A stretch of DNA of 64,000 bases, taken from contig CAZTXY010000003.1 in the NCBI GenBank assembly GCA_964617815.1, forward strand, positions 473 to 64,472, in the 5' to 3' direction. This stretch comes from an uncultured Candidatus Saccharibacteria bacterium. GTDB lineage: Bacteria; Patescibacteriota; Doudnabacteria; UBA920. Shown here in pieces: positions 59,510 through 64,000 of the stretch. A program made the position numbers and the translations under genes. Every line of letters begins with the position of its first letter. Within the stretch, counting starts at the first letter, position 1. Below the pieces are notes generated by a model. It was not told where the DNA came from and did no database searches. It saw only the letters and a program-made list of their open reading frames with translations.

Positions 59510-61003
59510 ATGAAAAAGTCCTGGGCCATTAGGTTCTGGTTGATTCTTCGCTCGATATGCAATATCTGGCGGGGTCAGGTGATGGTGGTCGTTGGCGCCT
59601 ACTGGGGCGACGAAGGTAAAGGAAAAGTGGTTGATGGAATCGGCCGCTTGTACGATATCATTGTCCGTTTCGGTGGTGGAGCCAATGCAGGCCACACGGT
59701 GTTTACTCCAGACGGGCGCAAGGTTGTGTGCCATCTGATTCCTTGCGGTGTTGCTTGGGGCAAGACCTGTGTGATTGGCCGAGGTGTGCTCTTCTCGTTG
59801 AGTTCATTTCTGAAAGAGTACCTTGAGATCGCAATGGTTCTTGGCGGTGTCATGCCTGTGATTTACATTGACACGGGCTGCACGTTGTTCACTCCGTATC
59901 ATCGGTTGTTCGAATTTTGGGGAGAGACTCTCCGGAATGGCAAAATTGGAACAACTGGTCGCGCGATCGGAGCATTGGCAGCTTTTGACAAACTTCGGTA
60001 TGGGCCAAAGGTTGGAGATCTGTTTTCTCCAGCTAGGCTTGAAGAGAGGGTTACAGAACTCTACTCCTTGCTTTTACCGATTTTTGAAGAAATGTTGGAC
60101 AGAAAGGAGAAGGGCGACGCAGACTTCAAGGATGTAGTCATCCCAACTCCACAGGAGGTGGTCGCACAACTTCTTTTGGAGGCGCAAAATCTTCCGAAGG
60201 ACTGCGTCATCGACACGCGAAGTTTTTTGCTCAAGCAGATTGCTTTGGGCAAAAAGATTCTTCTCGAAGGCGCACAGGCTGCAGGGCTCGACAGCAAGTG
60301 GGGAACTTGGCCTTTTGTTTCAGCTGGCGACTCTGTCGCCGCGGGAGCTTCTTTGGGTACTGGCCTGCCAATGTACTTGATCACTAGGATTATGATGGTT
60401 GGCAAGGCTTTGCCTTCGCGCGTTGGTCGTGGTCCCTTTCCTTCAGAGATGTGGGATAGAGACCTCATTGCTGATTTTGGTGAAGAACACATGTACCTGT
60501 TTTCGCCAGGGAAACGAAGAGACGGTTTCCTCGCTGATCTGCGAGAACAGATAAACATGGGCGGCAACAATGAGGTGCATGCCAAGTATTTTGGAGTGCT
60601 GGGCCTTGAGCTTGGCGCCAGTACCAGTCGTGTTCGGAGCCTTGGCTTCAGCGATTTGCCTTGGTTGCGTTACTCGGCTGAGGTAAATGGCGCCACCGAG
60701 ATGGCTCTGACCCGTCTGGACATGCTGTCTGGAATTGACTCAATTCAGGTCGCGGTCGCTTACAAATACGAGGGGGAGATTTTTCCTCCGGGGCAAATGC
60801 CAGTCTCGGCTTTCGACTTGGATCAGGTCGAGCCGGTTTACGAAGATTGGCCGTGCTGGAAGGAGGATATTTCTGGAGTGAGCAAGTGGCGTGACTTGCC
60901 GCGCGAAGCTAGGGTCTTCATCAAGCGGATGGAAGCTGCGGTCGGCGTGCCCATTACCGTGATTGGGACGGGGCGTGGTCGCGAAGCTCTCATTCGAAGG
61001 TAG
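59510..61003 (+). CDS. purA: Adenylosuccinate synthetase (divergent)
   Basis: WGDEGKGK, GGANAGHT, IGTTG, EGAQ, TRLD, IGTG; own promoter (59421-59449), AAGGAGG RBS, terminator at 61016-61053. Confidence 0.9.
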   Translation: MKKSWAIRFWLILRSICNIWRGQVMVVVGAYWGDEGKGKVVDGIGRLYDIIVRFGGGANAGHTVFTPDGRKVVCHLIPCGVAWGKTCVIGRGVLFSLSSFLKEYLEIAMVLGGVMPVIYIDTGCTLFTPYHRLFEFWGETLRNGKIGTTGRAIGALAAFDKLRYGPKVGDLFSPARLEERVTELYSLLLPIFEEMLDRKEKGDADFKDVVIPTPQEVVAQLLLEAQNLPKDCVIDTRSFLLKQIALGKKILLEGAQAAGLDSKWGTWPFVSAGDSVAAGASLGTGLPMYLITRIMMVGKALPSRVGRGPFPSEMWDRDLIADFGEEHMYLFSPGKRRDGFLADLREQINMGGNNEVHAKYFGVLGLELGASTSRVRSLGFSDLPWLRYSAEVNGATEMALTRLDMLSGIDSIQVAVAYKYEGEIFPPGQMPVSAFDLDQVEPVYEDWPCWKEDISGVSKWRDLPREARVFIKRMEAAVGVPITVIGTGRGREALIRR

Positions 61004-61126
61004 GTTGGTTTTCTTGGGGTTTCCTGCGTGCAGTCGTGCCCGCAGGAAACCCCTTCTTTCTTTTTAAGTCATAGAATTAAAGTTTTATGGTATAATAGAA
61101 AAAAGAGATAATCTATAGAAACAAAA

Positions 61127-61675
61127 ATGGATCAGATAGAAATTGTTAGAAAGTTAATCAATCAATTCAACTGGCATACGCCAAGTTGGGATTTGTTCAT
61201 TGTTTTAGCGTGGCTTGTGGTTAGCGTTATTTATGCTTTTGCTTCTGGACGCGGCAGAATTTTGACAGTGCTAATGAGTCTTTGTATGGCTAAACTTGTC
61301 GTTATTGAGGCACCATTTTTAAGCACTGAAGTTGCTCAACGTTTTAATATTGGTGTGGCATCTCTTCAACAGTTGGTGACTTTTTCTGGACTATTTTTAT
61401 TATTTTTTGTTTTCTTGGGACGATATGTGTTTAAAACCGCAGCAGATGGTAAACAAATTTCTGGAATGGTCTTTAGTTTAGTTTTTTCTTTCTTACAAGT
61501 TGGACTTTTGATAAATACAATTTTAACTTTACTTCCAAAAAATATCCAGGCTAATTTTACGCAGTTAATTCAGTTTGCCTTTATCAAGGATCCGGCAAGC
61601 TTTGTTTGGTTAGTCTTACCCATAGGGTTTTTAATAGTTTTGGGTCGTCTTGTGTCCGACAGAGCAGAGGTATAA
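61127..61675 (+). CDS. Membrane protein (possibly CvpA-like)
   Basis: About 5 TMs. Confidence 0.55.
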   Translation: MDQIEIVRKLINQFNWHTPSWDLFIVLAWLVVSVIYAFASGRGRILTVLMSLCMAKLVVIEAPFLSTEVAQRFNIGVASLQQLVTFSGLFLLFFVFLGRYVFKTAADGKQISGMVFSLVFSFLQVGLLINTILTLLPKNIQANFTQLIQFAFIKDPASFVWLVLPIGFLIVLGRLVSDRAEV

Positions 61676-61679
61676 AAAT

Positions 61680-61714
61680 AGTACTTGGTACTGAGTACTT
61701 AGTACTTAGGAACT
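61680..61714. repeat. Heptamer array at the 3' end of the four-helix-bundle gene
   Basis: agtactt ggtactg agtactt agtactt aggaact. Confidence 0.8.
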
Positions 61715-62061
61715 GCATTCTTGTTAGCAAGGCTCCATAGCATTTTTTGAATAGAATTTAATCGTAAGAGTATCTGATTGATTGAAATATTTGGATACTC
61801 TTTTTGTATAATTAGTAGTTGAGTTTCAAGCTCATATGCTGACCCTAAGGAAATATTTAAAAATCTAATTAATTCAGGCTTGGTGTGTCTTCCAAATCCT
61901 TCTGATATATTCGAAGGTATGGATATTGCGGCTCTTAGTATCTGGGAAATTAAAATAAACTGCTCAGAGCTAGGTAATTGCTTAGCTATTTTATACATGT
62001 CAGAGGTTAATTGCATCGATTGTTGCCAAACAATCAAATCCTTGTGGTTGCTAATTGCCAT
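61699..62061 (-). CDS. Four-helix-bundle protein (23S rRNA IVP/bAvd-like family)
   Basis: DLIVWQ, LP..E...L.SQ..RAAISIPSNISEG..R, FL.IS.GS..ELETQL. Confidence 0.9.
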   Translation of the reverse strand: MAISNHKDLIVWQQSMQLTSDMYKIAKQLPSSEQFILISQILRAAISIPSNISEGFGRHTKPELIRFLNISLGSAYELETQLLIIQKEYPNISINQILLRLNSIQKMLWSLANKNAVPKY

Positions 62062-62074
62062 ATGCGTTTTTCTC

Positions 62075-62102
62075 AGTACCCAGTACTAAGTACTAAGTAC
62101 TC
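62075..62102. repeat. Heptamer array at the 5' side of the four-helix-bundle gene
   Basis: agtaccc agtacta agtacta agtactc; inverted relative to the 61680 array. Confidence 0.8.
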
Positions 62103-62145
62103 CTTTTTTATTATGGCAAAGTGCACTTTGCCATAATAAAAAAGG
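62102..62145. repeat. Perfect loopless 44-bp palindrome
   Basis: CCTTTTTTATTATGGCAAAGTG|CACTTTGCCATAATAAAAAAGG. Confidence 0.85.
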
Positions 62146-62148
62146 TCA

Positions 62149-62847
62149 TTAAACCTTTTGGGTGATGCCATCACTATCTTGTGATTGAAATTTATAGCCT
62201 CTGGCAGGTATGGTGTGAATGAGTTTTTGTTTTGGACGTTTGCCTAGCTTGCGTCTTAAATTTAAAATGTGTGTTTCGATGGTGTTAGAAAACATATCAG
62301 CGTGAATGTCCCAAACGTGCTCCATTATCATTCCGCGGCTTAGTACCATGCCTTGATTTTTCATGAGGTACTCAAGAAGCTCAAACTCTTTACGTGTGAG
62401 ATAGATTTCCTTGTCGCCTCGCTTGACTATATGTTTATGAATGTCTAAGTAGAGGTCTCCGGCATTTAGTACTGAACTTTCAATTTCTCTGGGGCGCCGA
62501 AGGATGGCCCGAAGTCTCGCTAGGAGCTCTTCAAACAAAATTGGCTTATGCATGTAGTCATCTGCCCCACTATTTAAGTGCTCGACTTTATTCTGAATAT
62601 CTGGATGGTGGGACAGAATTAGTATTGGTGCATGCCTTTTTCTTTGCCTGAGCTCTAGGCATATCTCTCGACCTGATTTTTGCGGTAAATCGCTGGCAAT
62701 AATGAGTGCATCGTAGTCATTGGTGCGGGCTAAGAAAGACCCACGTTCCCCGTCCGGGCTCGTGTCAACAGTAAAGCACTCTTTAGTAAAACTATTTTTT
62801 AAAAACTCTCGTAGCTCGTGCTCACTCTCAATAATGAGGATTCGCAT
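62149..62847 (-). CDS. OmpR/PhoB-family response regulator with atypical receiver
   Basis: GADDY..KP, LTRKEFELL, wHTH domain; YDALIIASDLP lacks the phospho-Asp. Confidence 0.88.
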   Translation of the reverse strand: MRILIIESEHELREFLKNSFTKECFTVDTSPDGERGSFLARTNDYDALIIASDLPQKSGREICLELRQRKRHAPILILSHHPDIQNKVEHLNSGADDYMHKPILFEELLARLRAILRRPREIESSVLNAGDLYLDIHKHIVKRGDKEIYLTRKEFELLEYLMKNQGMVLSRGMIMEHVWDIHADMFSNTIETHILNLRRKLGKRPKQKLIHTIPARGYKFQSQDSDGITQKV

Positions 62848-63055
62848 ATAGCTGGATTAATAATAAAAAATAAAAAATCAAGGTAGATAAGCCTGATTTT
62901 TAAGATTTTTGTATTTATTTTTCCCCTAGCGCCTCCAATATAGCACACCCTGAAAACTTTGCAAGTGGCACTAAATTTTTTTAAAAAAGTCTTTATCTTT
63001 TCTTTATCTACTTTGTGCTAAACTTACTTCCCCCCTAATTTTAAAAGGCTTTTTG

Positions 63056-63134
63056 TGTCATTCCAGAAGCCACGAGTCATCGAGGGCTATGTGGAATCCA
63101 TGGTTCTGGATCCCGGATCAAGTCCGGGATGACA
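63056..63134. repeat. Palindromic miniature element
   Basis: TGTCATTCC...GATCCCGGATCAAGTCCGGGATGACA. Confidence 0.8.
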
Positions 63135-63162
63135 AGAAAATAAAGTTTTGGCCAAAGGTTCG

Positions 63163-64000
63163 TTAGCTACTCCAGCGGGCAAAGATTCCTGTGGAAATAA
63201 GCCGTTTGTCTTGTTGGGTTAGGCAGAGTTCGCCACATTCAATTTGGCCGTGGCGATTTTGGAAGATGTCTTCTGTTAAATTATTTAGGGCTATAGCAGA
63301 GGAGTTTGTGGCGTAGCCGTTAACTAGTACAAACTTTGCTGTAGGGGAGAGAATTTTGTTACAAAGTTCAAGAAGGTATGGAAGGTCTTGATTAAATTTC
63401 CATGTTTTTCCTGTTGGGGAGTGACCAAAAGCAGGAGGGTCCATAATAATTCCGTCGTATTGTGCTCCACGCTTTATTTCACGTGTGACAAATTTTATTG
63501 CATCATCAAGAATCCAGCGAATAGAATCAGCAGGAATTTTATTTAACACTTGATTTTCTTTTGCCCAACCAATACTTGGTTTGCTTGCATCAACATGGGT
63601 AACAAAGCAACCCATTTTTGCTAAGGCAATGGATGCTCCACCGGTGTAAGCAAACAGGTTTAAAATTTTTGGTTTGCCACCATCACTTGGCGTAAAATTT
63701 TTAACTTGATCCGTCAGCCATTTCCAGTTGGCAGCTTGTTCTGCAAAAATTCCAGTATGTTTAAAAGGGGTGAGCCGAGCAAGGAGTGTAATGTCTCCAA
63801 AGTTGACTTCCCACGGTTCATTGATGGGATTATTTTTTATCCAGGTTCCTGCTTCTCCTTTGCCTTCAAAAATTGCATCTGCTTTATCCCAGACCTCATC
63901 ACTCAGGTGACGTTGCCAGATTATTTGGGGGTCAGGACGTTGCAGGACATACTCGCCCCATTTTTCAAGGCGAAAACCATCTCCGGTGTCGAGAAGTTCA
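63163..64000 (-). CDS. Class I SAM-dependent methyltransferase (RlmI/YwbD-like), 5'-truncated by the window edge
   Basis: ELLDTGDG.RLE.WG, FKHTGIF.EQ, LNLFAYTG, IIMDPPAFG. Confidence 0.85.
   Translation of the reverse strand, partial: ELLDTGDGFRLEKWGEYVLQRPDPQIIWQRHLSDEVWDKADAIFEGKGEAGTWIKNNPINEPWEVNFGDITLLARLTPFKHTGIFAEQAANWKWLTDQVKNFTPSDGGKPKILNLFAYTGGASIALAKMGCFVTHVDASKPSIGWAKENQVLNKIPADSIRWILDDAIKFVTREIKRGAQYDGIIMDPPAFGHSPTGKTWKFNQDLPYLLELCNKILSPTAKFVLVNGYATNSSAIALNNLTEDIFQNRHGQIECGELCLTQQDKRLISTGIFARWSS

Noticed and set aside
59510-61003. PurZ (2-aminoadenine pathway)
   Set aside because: The catalytic Asp in GDEGKGK is retained (PurZ has Ser) and no companion phage genes are present.
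61699-62061. Diversity-generating retroelement
   Set aside because: An Avd-like fold alone is insufficient; no reverse transcriptase or TR/VR pair was seen.
49231-62102. CRISPR array
   Set aside because: The repeats are 7-bp tandem units without spacers, and there are no cas genes.
1-64000. Alternative genetic code (TGA = Gly/Trp)
   Set aside because: Conserved genes are intact in code 11, and TGA ends genes such as purH and pyrD at the expected positions.

Overview
64 kb of bacterial chromosome in standard code 11. It is most likely a CPR/Patescibacteria (Parcubacteria-like) organism; this is an inference from the short HrcA, the sortase/LPxTG surface system and the CPR-style hypothetical families. 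An AT-rich housekeeping backbone carries a phosphomannomutase, trpS, rnj, tRNA-Leu, an ABC solute-binding protein, secG, uvrC, uvrA, a glycosylation locus, a ccdA/thioredoxin cluster and CIRCE-hrcA-grpE-dnaK...dnaJ. About a dozen small, GC-richer, self-contained units (promoter, strong GGAGG RBS, terminator) interrupt the backbone. Seven de novo nucleotide genes (pyrE, pyrF, purM, pyrD, pyrC, purH, purA) sit in five of these units. The strongest candidate for an undescribed system is the 40.1-47.7 kb surface locus. It encodes an LPRTG-anchored (GY)10/DUF11 protein, a Com-like zinc finger followed by a switch-like structured leader, two small secreted proteins and one large anchored protein sharing a ~70-aa Asn/Asp-rich repeat (candidate fibre subunits), and a sortase whose catalytic Cys is replaced by Ser. 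Also seen: a palindromic miniature element family with one copy inserted in-frame in uvrC, dispersed heptamer arrays (two flank a four-helix-bundle gene), an orphan tRNA 3' half, a shared pyrF/purM leader hairpin with covariation, and a micro-peptide operon convergent with dnaK. All calls are by eye; no database searches were run.
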